Source of the DNA: Eledone cirrhosa
Taxonomy: Eukaryota
Assembly: GCA_964016885.1 (NCBI GenBank)
Contig: OZ024745.1
Location: 61,938,001-62,002,000, forward strand
Length of the DNA: 64,000 nucleotides
Direction of reading: 5' to 3'
Shown: positions 52,731 to 64,000 of the stretch, in pieces
How the letters are laid out: each line of letters begins with the position of its first letter
Position numbering within the stretch: position 1 is the first letter of the stretch
Made by a program: the position numbers and the translations under genes
The notes under the pieces: generated by a model
What the model saw: the letters and a program-made list of their open reading frames with translations, nothing else
What the model was told of the DNA's origin: nothing
Database searches by the model: none

Positions 52731-53365
52731 CGTTTCTGAATTTGTTTAGCAAGATTCTTTATCTGAAAACGTGTGTTGAAACCGATATTGTTATACTTTT
52801 GGAGAGTCATGTTGCCAATAAGAAACACACGCACCAGAAATTCTACACACAGTAAAGACGCAATGTTTAGACAAATCACAGAGGCAATAAACATAAAAGA
52901 ATTACAACCAAAATTAAATAGAAAATATGAGTGGAACAGCAACATCACAACTTACAATTAAGGACAAAATGAAACCACACACACACATAGAACAAACAAC
53001 CAACCTGTAACATGTAAATAAACAAATAAAAAAACGAATATAAACACACACAGACACCCGGATGTGGCGCATACGCAGACTGAGCACACAACACACACAC
53101 AGAAACAAAATGGCGTAGGACAGAACAAAGGAGAGGCACAAAAACAAAGAAAAGAACCCCCAGTCACTGAAGAGGTCACAGAATGTGTGACGAAAGAACT
53201 TTGATAATATATAAACAACTATCTGGTTGTGGAACCAACCAACCAACCAACCAACCGGAAATTTATAAATTCCTAAATTTATAAATTTATTATAATAAAT
53301 TGAAGTGAAAGCAACTGGTGCGTGTGTTTCTTATTGGCAACATGACCCTCCCAAAGTATAACAAT
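52731..53365 (+). mobile_element. 5'-truncated PLE-3 family copy with inverted pLTR end
   Basis: 52840-53365 matches 9870-10404; 52731-52837 is the reverse complement of 10354-10460. Confidence 0.9.
53162..53206 (+). ncRNA. Minimal hammerhead ribozyme (family B, second copy)
   Basis: AGTCA-CTGAAGA-GGTCACA(gaatg)TGTGAC-GAAAG(aa)CTT-TGAT. Confidence 0.68.
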
Positions 53366-53380
53366 ATATATATATATATA

Positions 53381-53753
53381 TTAGTAAAAGGAAAAGAAAA
53401 TGGTGACAAATTTTTCCCAGTGAAAAATAGTTTAATTAGGAATAAGTATAAATTAGTAATAAGTATTGGTTAGTATTGAGTTTTAGTTTTAAGTTTTTAC
53501 CGGTTGCGCATTTCTAATGCTTTTCAAAAATAATTTTGAGATAGAGTGCTCGTGATGTTTGCTCTAATCAGATTAGAGCAAACATCACGGACACTCTATC
53601 TCAAACTTAAAACTAAAACTGAATACTAACCAATACTTATTACTAATTTATACTTATTCCTAATTAAACTATTTTTCACTGGGAAAAATTTGTCAGCATT
53701 TTGTTTTCCTTTTACTAATATATCACAACTCGTGTGTTACACCTCTATTTTTT

Positions 53754-53756
<3 letters not shown>
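53381..53756. mobile_element. TA-flanked fold-back remnant
   Basis: Outer arms 53381-53493 and 53603-53718; inner hairpin 53534-53604; 3' tail CAACTCGTGTGTTACACCTC. Confidence 0.75.
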
Positions 53757-53794
<38 letters not shown>

Positions 53795-53964
53795 ATAATA
53801 ATAAATGTGAAGACTTAAAATCCAAAGAGGGCTCGATAAGGATAAATAAATAAATACATACACACACATATATATATATATATATACCCTCTTCACCACT
53901 AATTCATTTGTCAGATGTCTTTAACCCATTGATACATACCAAACATTATTTGGGCAGTAGGGGC

Positions 53965-54128
53965 GGTGGATTGGCAGTATCAGTAGATGGTCGTACGCCA
54001 TGCTTTGCAGCAAAGAGTTACGGCCCTTTATGGTCTGAGTTCAAATCCCGCGACGGGGTGGATAAAATAAAGTACCAGTAATACACTGGATTAATTTCTG
54101 GCCTTGTGCAAAAAGTAGAAACAATTAT
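53965..54128 (+). mobile_element. tRNA-derived SINE copy
   Basis: GAGTTCAAATCC B box and GATAAAATAAAGTACCAG core. Confidence 0.8.
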
Positions 54129-57100
54129 TTGATCAGTATTTCCTGTGTATGTGTAAGTATATGTGTGTGTGTGTTTATATATGTATGTTTGCTTGCATGA
54201 ATGATTACACTAAGCTCTCGATTTAGTAGAATGTACAACCACTGATGCCAACTATTTGCACTATCATATATTTTGGTTTCTGTTAACTCCCTGAGGAATT
54301 GCTTGACGAAATGCTTTGCTTAATTGTTTTATTTATTAAAAAAATAAAATGTTATTCTTTCTCTTAGACTTCAGATATTTTTTGAAAGCAAAGCATTGGT
54401 CCCTAAAATACTATAGTGGTCTTTGCAATGCTACTATAGGCCCCTCCGGGGCCCACTTGCCATTGGGCAACCTGGCAACCTGGCCAGTCCGCCACTGCAT
54501 ACATATATATATAAATATATATAGAGAGAGTAATAGAGATATAGAGGATATATATATATACACACACTGACACATACATATGAAATATGTTATATAAATA
54601 TCTATGTATGTGTACACATGTGTGTATGTGTGTGTGCCTCTGTGTGTGTTATTTTATTTGTAACGTATTGATATTTCGGGAATGTTTCATGAATGAGTGA
54701 CGACATTGTGTTTATAAAATCAAACCAAAAATTAGTGAGCAGAAAAAAAACAACAATAAATAAACAATAAATAAAACAAAACAACAAAAAGGAAATTAAT
54801 AGTAAACCTAATATTACATACATAAACAAATTAACTCCAAATCAGCAATTTAGATTACAGAAATAGTGTAGAAAAACTCTAAATACACTAAGCGATATCT
54901 AATATAAATTCTATTCGTTTCGCATTAATTATTAATCTATATTAAACGGAAGCCAGAATTTATTTCAAATAGCTGTCAGTTGAAGTTTGAAAGGAAATAT
55001 AAATGTAACGTCTTTAATCTCTCCATCAGTGATTGGGATATTAATATTTAATGAGGCTATTATTAAATAGTGTTACATTACTTAACTGTCTAAATCGTAA
55101 TTAAATTGTCGCTTTATAATTACTATTATTATTTTCCAAGTAGAGATAATCGAAATGGCAGTGACTTTGAAGGGATATAATAACATTTATAAAGCACTAT
55201 AACTTCCCGAAAGCCACTCAGCTGTTTAAATAAGACAGGGCACTAACGTTCGAGAGCCGTTTAGAAGTAACCGGTTTGGTGCCTCAATAGCCTAACTTTT
55301 AATAATACTGTCATTGATTTTACCTATCGTGATCATCGGTCAAGAATACAAAACTAATCATAAATCACTAATTATAAAGATTGATTCAGTTGTCTACACA
55401 AATACAAAATAAGTAGACTCCTTTATAGCTTAGAATAAACTTTCACATTGCCTTACGCATGTATAAATACACCCACACTGACAGAGATAAACTTACTTTA
55501 CCAGAAACACGCGTATATAAATACATACACACATAGATCTATTTTCGCACATATATGCATACAAACATTCTAACATATACATATTCATATATATGTAAAC
55601 TAGGCCAGATAAATACGGCTGCGATTGACAAATAAGAAAAAAATAATGAGATAGAAGAGAGGATCTAATAGATGAAGGTTCAGTGTGATACGAGAAACTG
55701 TTTATAGCAGTTGAATATCATTTTGAGAGACGATCAAGTTGTGTAACTTATAATTATAAAATGTTTCCTGGATCAGGATTAGCTTTCAATTGAAATCTCG
55801 TGCAAAGTCAATGAATATATCTTCGGAAATCGAGCCATGTTGCATACGATGATTGTGTTACGTTATTTCAATATCTAGTGTAGTAACCCAATTGTCACCA
55901 GGTTACTTATCTTCAGTCTACAATATTTTCTGATTAAGTAGATTTATCATCAAAAGCCTTATCACAGTTTCCACCGTTTCAGGGCATTTGACACTATATT
56001 ATTCATTGTGTATTTCAATTTCAAATAAGGTACGTTGTTATTTGATGGATTAGTTACTACGTTGTTATTTGATGGATTAGTTACTAGGTAGAGTCTCTTA
56101 TATAGCCTCGTTACAATGTTAGAAATAGCAGTGTAATACCACGGCAACGATTAAGCAGTATCGCTACAAGCGCGTTTAGTACATATCAGCAACAATATGT
56201 ACAGGCGGACTCTTCCTTCATAGTTTCAGTGAAACTCATAGGAATCATAATATATTTCAATATTCGTAGATGCAGGTAATAAAAGTGATAGATCCTATGT
56301 TATTGATGGCTGCTCTGTTTCTAGTAAATTTATTCCATTCTGAATCTTAACTCTTCAGTATATGTCAGTTAAATATGTCATATCCATTAGCAGAATTCCA
56401 CCTTGACGAAAGAATACTTTATGCAGATCTTGTTGATGCTCAAGGCAACTATGAATGCAACGCCTGAAGCCTAAACAGTTGTAATTCTTTATATCTAACC
56501 TAATTGTAGCCGTCATAATTTTGTCTGAGAAAGGAGCCTTGTGAGGTAGGTGTGAAGTTGCAGTGAATGCCACTAAATATTCTCCGAGGCAATAGCTTCA
56601 ATAATATTTGCGTGGGGCGCAGTTAAATCATATCACCCAGATGGGGGTGTCGTCCCCCCCTTCCCCTTTCTTGCTTTGCTTAACATCTTTTTCGTTTTCT
56701 TTTTTCTCTTCGTTTCTGTTTCCTTATTGCCATGTATTACAATCCATTGCATTCATTTACTAACAATTATTTAAAACCTTAAGACTCATTGGATTAATTG
56801 TAAACATGTTTTTTTACAGCTGTTATCAAAATGTTTGTAATGATATGATTACATACACTTGATGCCAAAGATCAATTTATTTTTAACAAATGTTTGCATC
56901 AAATTGCTTACAAACATGTGTAATAAATAATATACATCAAGCTATATCAAGCCCTAACCATTACATTTTTATTCAAGTGATGTGTTTCTTTAACATTTTA
57001 ATAAAATTAAATGTGAAAGATCTAAGAGGCTATACAAATTGGAGACATTGATCCTAAATTATCTATATTTTACTCATTTATTTTTAGCAGTTTTCTAAAT

Positions 57101-58617
57101 TATCATTGCTAAAAGAGAGAAGATTAAGTCCTAGATGCCTGTCAAAGATATATGTTTGAATTCAATTGTTTTCGCAACAAGTTTTCTATTTAAGGATCGT
57201 CAAGTAAGTAATTTAGGCGTAGAGGCAGAATATGAAAATTATATGATAGGGTGGAAAATCAGAAGCAACCAATTCTTCAAGCTATTATCACTTGAGAATA
57301 TGTCCTCCCCGCGGTGAAATAACCAAACGTCTGTAAATAACACAGTGTTTCTTTCCTTTCTGTTATTTATTGTACAACTTATCTTATCAAATTTCTCATA
57401 TAAGGCATAAAGAAAACATTCATGATAAGAACACTAAAAGAAATTACATAATGTAACTTAAAAGAGAAAACAATGTCATGCTTGCATAGTGGTTTGAGTA
57501 CTATAACCCACAGGTTATGAATTCAATATGAAGAAATTGAATTCCACGCAATGAAAGGCTGGATAGTAATACACAGTCGAAAATGTAATTGAGAGAAATT
57601 AGTCGAGATTCGTCACTTAAAAGACAATATCCTGTCGACTTCCAATTGGTTAAGTGATAATTACATTTTACCTTGATAAGTTCCAAGCCATATTTCGTTC
57701 GACTTTTTGAGACTACGCCATGTTTTATATTTATTATATAATAATATGTCAACCAATTCAAACTGAACGAAATCAATAAATACCTGTGATAATGGTATTG
57801 TGTATAATTTGTTTAACTGAACGGTTTTAATGGATGTAATGGATGTGAAAAGGGAGAGGCATTCAAGAGTGATAATTTTGATTGCTGCAAAGAAAAGGGC
57901 TCAGGTGTGAGCTTTGTTGCTTTTGCACGATTATAGAATAAGTCGTAATATAAGGAGTCAGCTGATCACGCAAGGTAAGGTTAGAATACAACAATACCAA
58001 CAATACAAAGTTAGAAAATAAAATAAACATTAAAGCAAAAAAAACAAAACATAAAAAAGGAAGCTAAAAACGGCAGGCGAACAAAAATAAAGAAAATAAA
58101 ACGAATGATTCCAGAATTCTATAGCATCTCTTTTATCACAATTGAAAAGCAATTTTTACATTACACGACATAACACTGTAACAAAATGAAGACACGAATA
58201 CATTCATAGATCGTTTTAGAAAATATCAAAACAAAACAAATTAGAAACAACAATAAAATAATAGAAATATACAGAAATACCTAAATGACTGCATATTTTT
58301 ATCAACTAAATTTAATTCGCCGCGCACACAATATATATGTATGCGTTATTTTGGGGTGTATAATTAAAAAGCAAATGAACGCATTACAGTATTTATTCTA
58401 ATGCTATGGTTAGTCAATATTGCTATTCACTTGTTTCACGAACATTGTTATGTAAAACGGTGGCGTGGAGAGGAGGAGACTGGTATGCATGGGCGACTGC
58501 TGGTCTTCCACAAACAACCTTGCCCGGACTTGTGCCTCGGAAGGGAACTTCCTAGATGCAAATTCTATGGTCATTCCTGACCGAAGGAGGTCTTAACACA
58601 CACATATATATATACAG

Positions 58618-58648
<31 letters not shown>

Positions 58649-58664
58649 GTATGTGCGTGTATGA

Positions 58665-58788
58665 GTCCCGGGTTCAATCAGGGGTAACCACGGTAAAGTA
58701 CTCAATACATTAGCAGAGTGTATACAATAAATTAAATATAGAATGAAACAGTTCTAGTCCTGTAGAAGCCATTTCCATATTAAATTTG

Positions 58789-58790
<2 letters not shown>
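58665..58790. mobile_element. Family F remnant with internal inversion
   Basis: GGTAACCAC..GTACTCAATAC followed by AGAATGAAACAGTTCTAGT as in 46845-46863. Confidence 0.65.
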
Positions 58791-58823
<33 letters not shown>

Positions 58824-58828
<5 letters not shown>

Positions 58829-59150
58829 AAAAATAGATGAAATCGAAAATGCAACTGGAGTCTTATTTTTAAAAAAAATATATATATTTATTTGGTTCCT
58901 TTACCGGTTTCGCAGTTCTTCTGCTTTTCAAAAGTAGAGTTGAGATGGAGGGTCTGTGGATTTTCTCACATCAGATGTGAGAAAAACCACAGACCCTCCA
59001 TCTCAACTCTACTTTTGAAAAGCAGAAGAACTGCGAAACCGGTAAAGGAACCAAATAAATATATATATTTAAAAAAAAAATAAGACTCCAGTTGCATTTT
59101 CGATTTCATCTTTTTTTCTTTATACTTTCACTCGTGTAGGACACCTCGGT
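58824..59150. mobile_element. Near-perfect 300 bp palindrome with HHR 3' half
   Basis: Arms 58824-58972 and 58974-59123; GAAACCGGTA at 59035-59044; tail CACTCGTGTAGGACACCTC. Confidence 0.8.
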
Positions 59151-59748
59151 TATAATGAAAAATAAAAGTTACGGGCGAAAGAGGGTAGTATCCATCGTCA
59201 GTTGTCTGCTAGGAATCATAGGTATTTCTTCGCGTTAGAGACAAGATACCTCAGCCTAGGGCGAACAATAACCAAAATAAGTTATTGCGATAACATGGGG
59301 GGGGGGGGGGGAGTAAAATGTAAACAGAACGAAGGATGAAGCAACGTAAAGGGAGGAAAATTAGGAAAAATATCAAGTCAACAACTCATTTCGAACGTAA
59401 GATCTGCCGAGTTTGATGAGGGAAAGAAAGACACGTCTTCACTGTAGCCGTGTTAGCGAGAGAAGAGACTGCTTATAGTGGCAGACGAGGGAGGAAGTGA
59501 GTTAGCTAGCAGAGAGGGAGTGAGTGAAAGTGTAAGAAGTGAGAAAGAGATAGTTATAGTAGCAGGCTAGCCGAGAGAAGGTGACTAGCAGAGGGGGTGA
59601 GCGAAGTAAGAGGGAGAAGGAGAGAGAGGATAGCAACAAGGGGAGAGAAAAGAGACGGGTCACAGCGGAGAAGGAAGTTTATATGAATAAAATGGCGAGC
59701 TGTGTGGTTGCAATTAAGTATAATGAAAAATAAAAGTTACGGGCGAAT
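59149..59748. repeat. ~600 bp segment bounded by the direct repeat TATAATGAAAAATAAAAGTTACGGGCGAA
   Basis: Repeat at 59149-59179 and 59719-59747; purine-rich interior. Confidence 0.6.
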
Positions 59749-60994
59749 ATATATATTGCTATGAAAAAATTATGGTATCGAGTACTGTGGTGAGAAATGG
59801 TTTAACTGGTTTTTACTGCATCCATTCTGATTTATATATTGCTAATTAAACCTAACCAGTTATTCTCGCATTACATGAAAAAGAGATGACTGTTTCATGC
59901 CTCAATCAACTTTTCTCATAGAGCCACCTCCTTCTCTCAGTTTTATCCAATCAGGTTTTGTGCTGGTTTACATCAATTATATTTTTTTTTAATGCTGTTA
60001 AACTAAAAAACAAATTTCTAGCCTATCACAGACATTGGTGATGTAAGAGCATAATGCAGAAAATATATTCCCACGCAACTTTCTGTTTACACTCAATATA
60101 GGAATATGTTATTGTTTTGTTTCTTTAAAAATATTTATTCTAAATTAGTATTCGATTACAAGTGTTTTTTTTTGTCGGAATTATATTGAATAATTACCAA
60201 TATATTTTACTTCAACCCCAGTATAAACAGTCTTTACCTTTAACTAATGCCTTAGTAGAAATGTTTCTTTTTACTCAGTTATTTGTGTTATGAACAACAA
60301 ATACCGTTTCAAATTCCAGTTCTTTTTAGTATTCATGCGTCTAACTGTAGGAACATATGAATTTATATATATATAAATTCCCGATAACATGATAATATTG
60401 GACAAATATTCTTTCTACGTTCCTTCTACAAAAATTAAACAACTCTGAATATATTGTATTCATACGTTATGTTTTTCGTTACAATTCCAATTTACCATTG
60501 AATAGGAATCTAACCAGTGAGGTGTCAATGAATTCCACGTTGACTGTTAGATTATGAATTTCCAATATATGTATTAATTAATTATATAAATATTTCTCTT
60601 GATTAATTTCTTCCTATATAGAGATATAGACGTTATTTTCATATTTGCATTTCCTAAAGGTGTTTTGTTATGCTGTGAATGTAAGAGTTTGATTTTGAAG
60701 AGCATGATTGGTTTCACTTTATGAACAGTGTGGTTTACATCGGATGGGTTTGTATGAGAGTAGGTTTCCGGATTAAGTTTCTTTGGGCTCCTAGATAGCG
60801 TTATGTTGGTGTCCATATGTTTACATTTAAAGCAATTAACATCCATAGTTATATAGACAGACACAAACATGCTCATATACAGACATGCACATATACAGAC
60901 ATATATATGTGTGCGTGCGTGTGTATGTATATGTCGATATGTATATGTAGGTATGTATTTCTGTGTGTGTGTGTTTGTGCGTGTGCGTGTGCGT

Positions 60995-61032
<38 letters not shown>

Positions 61033-63519
61033 ATTTGCTAGTATGTCTATGTCTATGCGTATGTGTGATGTACATTGACTGAATTGCATACTCAGGTATT
61101 GGTTAATTTGCCTTCCAAATATGAAACAATGGCAGGGATATATTTAGGTTGCAACTAAATAAGATAAATTATGCATGACCTCCGTGCAAAACCGGGAAAT
61201 ATTCCATTCAAATATTACCTAGTTGAGAAGGAGACTCTTGCGGACACTGAAATACCCTTTCCAATAACAATTTCGAATTCTTACGTCACTTTAAAAATAC
61301 AGCATTCATTGCAAGTACACAGAGGATACGTTTTGCATTCATACTGTACTCATGAACGCAAAACGGGATGGCTTTGACTAGAATATGGTTGATGAACATG
61401 ATTGATAGATTTGAGTTTATTTAGAACAAAGCAACAAAATGCAGTTGCGGAAGACCACAGAATTACGACTGGAAAATTAGAGAAACGTATTAATTAAAAT
61501 GTAAACTAGATAATCATTTAGAGATGCATAAATTACAAGAAAGGTAGGGGACAATTTGCATTCTGTACAGCTGAAAGAAGACTAATATTGAAAATATATT
61601 TTAGTCATTAAGAACGAGACGTTTGTCCCCAAATTTACTTTAAAATATTGTACATTTTGCAGTCTACGGCTTTTCAAAGGAACGAATTTCAGCAGAACAT
61701 ATAGTCATTCGTACTTCTCATACTTTTATATTTTGTGGTTATTTTATATTTGTAATTCTCCAAACATTTATGCAGATTTTTCCGATTTAGTCCGTGCCTT
61801 CCACCACCCACAAGAAATCTATGGAGAAAATGTTAACTGTGGGCGTGTGGCATTTTTTACGTATAACAAGTATTACCAAACGCAGTATCTCGAAAAACAC
61901 ATACAAAGCATTAAATAATTATGATCGAATATGTTATTCTTGTCGGAATGTAGATCTGTATGCTGAACTTGTGTGAAATGGATCTCGGTTACTGCTTTGC
62001 TTTACCGGGGTTTATACAGATAATCTTAATACGGGGTTTGTAAGATAATCTTACAACAAATGAAATCTTTCCTGACGCCCACATATGTGATGGAGTTAGA
62101 TTCCGCTGAAATATTGCAGATGATCCTATCAGAAATAAACTTCAAAAGATGTAGCTGAATCCTCAAGCAAAACCAGCTTGCCTAGGGTTCGGCTAAATGT
62201 CCTCTGTCTGTTGGCTTTGTCCGTAAAATCTCCCCTATGATTTTTTCCCTTAGAAATTCTATCCACATACGCATAATACCGTAGCTGTGATATCTCAATG
62301 TGGAGAAGTAGGAGTTCTAACTAGAGGGACTCACTGATAGAGGCTACGTATCCCATCATGTGATGTTACTCCAGAGACCCTTCAGAACTACACAATTTCG
62401 GACACTCGTATTCGGGATCATATAATTTTGGTTACTACCCAATATTCATGACGATAGTTACGAGAGGCAAGAATACTGGATTAAAAGCAACTAGGTTGGC
62501 TTTTACAGGTACTTCCCTACTTCTAATTACCGAGTACTTAATCTGTAGCATTATTGCACTAGCTCCAACTAGTAACATATAATTCAACCTCCTTTGTCCT
62601 GGAGATACTTGAACTTTACCATGCCTATCAGTAAGCAACAAAAGCAATGTCATTGATTTGTTCAATCCTGAGGCAAAAAACGCTGAGAATACAAAGCATA
62701 AGTTGCATTCTGGTATTCAGTATCACGAAATTCTTTGAAATATAATTTACACAAAATATAATTAACCAATATGATCGTGTTGAAATGGGGTAGGGATTGA
62801 TATTAAAAAAAAGATATGGCTGTTATAACAAGTTAGAAAAGGGAATATGCACAGGTTCTCTCGTTGATTTTAAATAAGAAATATATATTTTACAGGTATA
62901 CGGTAAAGTGAAAATACATCCTTACATTATATTCGCTTGAATAATGATGGATACCTCCAAGCTATTTCACATTCGCTACATCATATCTAATGATTTTTTA
63001 TGTTCTGCATCTAAAGGCAAATAAATTATCTGAATCATTTACCATCCTTAAAATAGAAACATAGTTATTTCAATCAGTCACGAAATCACGCGACTAGTTC
63101 CCAACTTTTCCGTTTTACAAGTCAAATGCTAAAAAACCTCATTCTGATCAATATAGATGCTTACATGTTTTCATTAATAGCCTCATCCTGGGTAAGATTT
63201 CACACTATAAACTACACATTTTTATTGAAATATACCATTGCTGTAGGGAATGTGGTGAATGTAGTTTAAGAACGCAATGTATAGAACAATGAAATGTATT
63301 GAAATGTATGCCCTTAAGAAGCTCAAATCGTGATCCTAATTATTGAAATTTATTTATTTTCCATAAACGCATTCAATATTGTTAAAGGTACATTATACAA
63401 TGAACACATTTTATATTTTGGTACATGTCTTTGATAAACAACAATTAAACTTACTATTTATAGTTAGGAGATAAGAAAAAAATATTGTATATATTGTACA
63501 ATGTGAGCAACAATCGTTA

Positions 63520-63625
63520 GCAGGATCGGAAGGTAACCACAGTTAAAGAAGGTACTCAATACGTTGGTAAAACATAAGCATCTTATTTTACATAGAAATG
63601 AATTCTACAGCACTAAAATTAGTTC
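63520..63625 (-). mobile_element. Diverged family F remnant
   Basis: ATCGGAAGGTAACCACAGT..GGTACTCAATAC..ATTCTACAGCACTA resembles the reverse complement of 46855-46945. Confidence 0.6.
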
Positions 63626-63838
63626 AGTTCCAATTTGATAACGTTTGACTTGCCCATTGCGGTCCGGTTGCGTAAGCCGCGTTTGGGAAGATATGTGGCC
63701 TGCATTTGATTTGCCAAAATTGGAGGGTGAATACGGTTTGTTTGTCAGGTGTCAAGGGTACAGTTTAGGGTGTTTGGTGAGTGTTAATAGACTGTTTGGA
63801 ACAATAACGGTCTCATCTACGTACAAATAAATAAATAA

Positions 63839-63901
<63 letters not shown>

Positions 63902-64000
63902 TTTGTTGGTTCACCACTGGATAGAATTGGTCATTCCGTATGGTCAATCTCGAGGTAATATTATGGAGAGTACTCAACGTAGTGCAGTTCACCCGTCTTC

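Larger units (their letters stand above)
51288..54497. mobile_element. Probable non-autonomous hAT-like DNA transposon with nested insertions
   Basis: TIRs CAGTTGCGGACTGG / CCAGTCCGCCACTG (13/14 match); subterminal GGGGCCC at both ends; flanks AATACATA/CATACATA (7/8 match). Confidence 0.5.

Overview
AT-rich, repeat-dominated eukaryotic DNA; the SINE and LINE types suggest a cephalopod such as Octopus (inference). No host gene could be supported, and nearly all YIYI-type ORFs are translations of (TA)n microsatellite. Bases 1-35,000 are interrupted (TA)n arrays holding three large Penelope-like retroelements (PLEs; RT plus C-terminal GIY-YIG), an RTE-type LINE 3' fragment with three C2H2 fingers, four copies of a ~0.6 kb non-autonomous RTE derivative, CR1-like LINE tails and a SINE. 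Bases 35,000-64,000 are intergenic or intronic-like DNA with SINEs, an L1/Tx1 fragment, a probable hAT-type non-autonomous element and short TA-flanked fold-backs. The main hidden signal is RNA-level. Seven type I hammerhead ribozyme (HHR) motifs from four families lie in PLE terminal repeats (pLTRs) or pLTR-like repeats. Several TA-flanked palindromes keep only the HHR 3' half (GAAAY-palindrome-NUH) and turn around just upstream of it, suggesting ribozyme-templated cDNA fold-back. All folds were read by eye and are untested.
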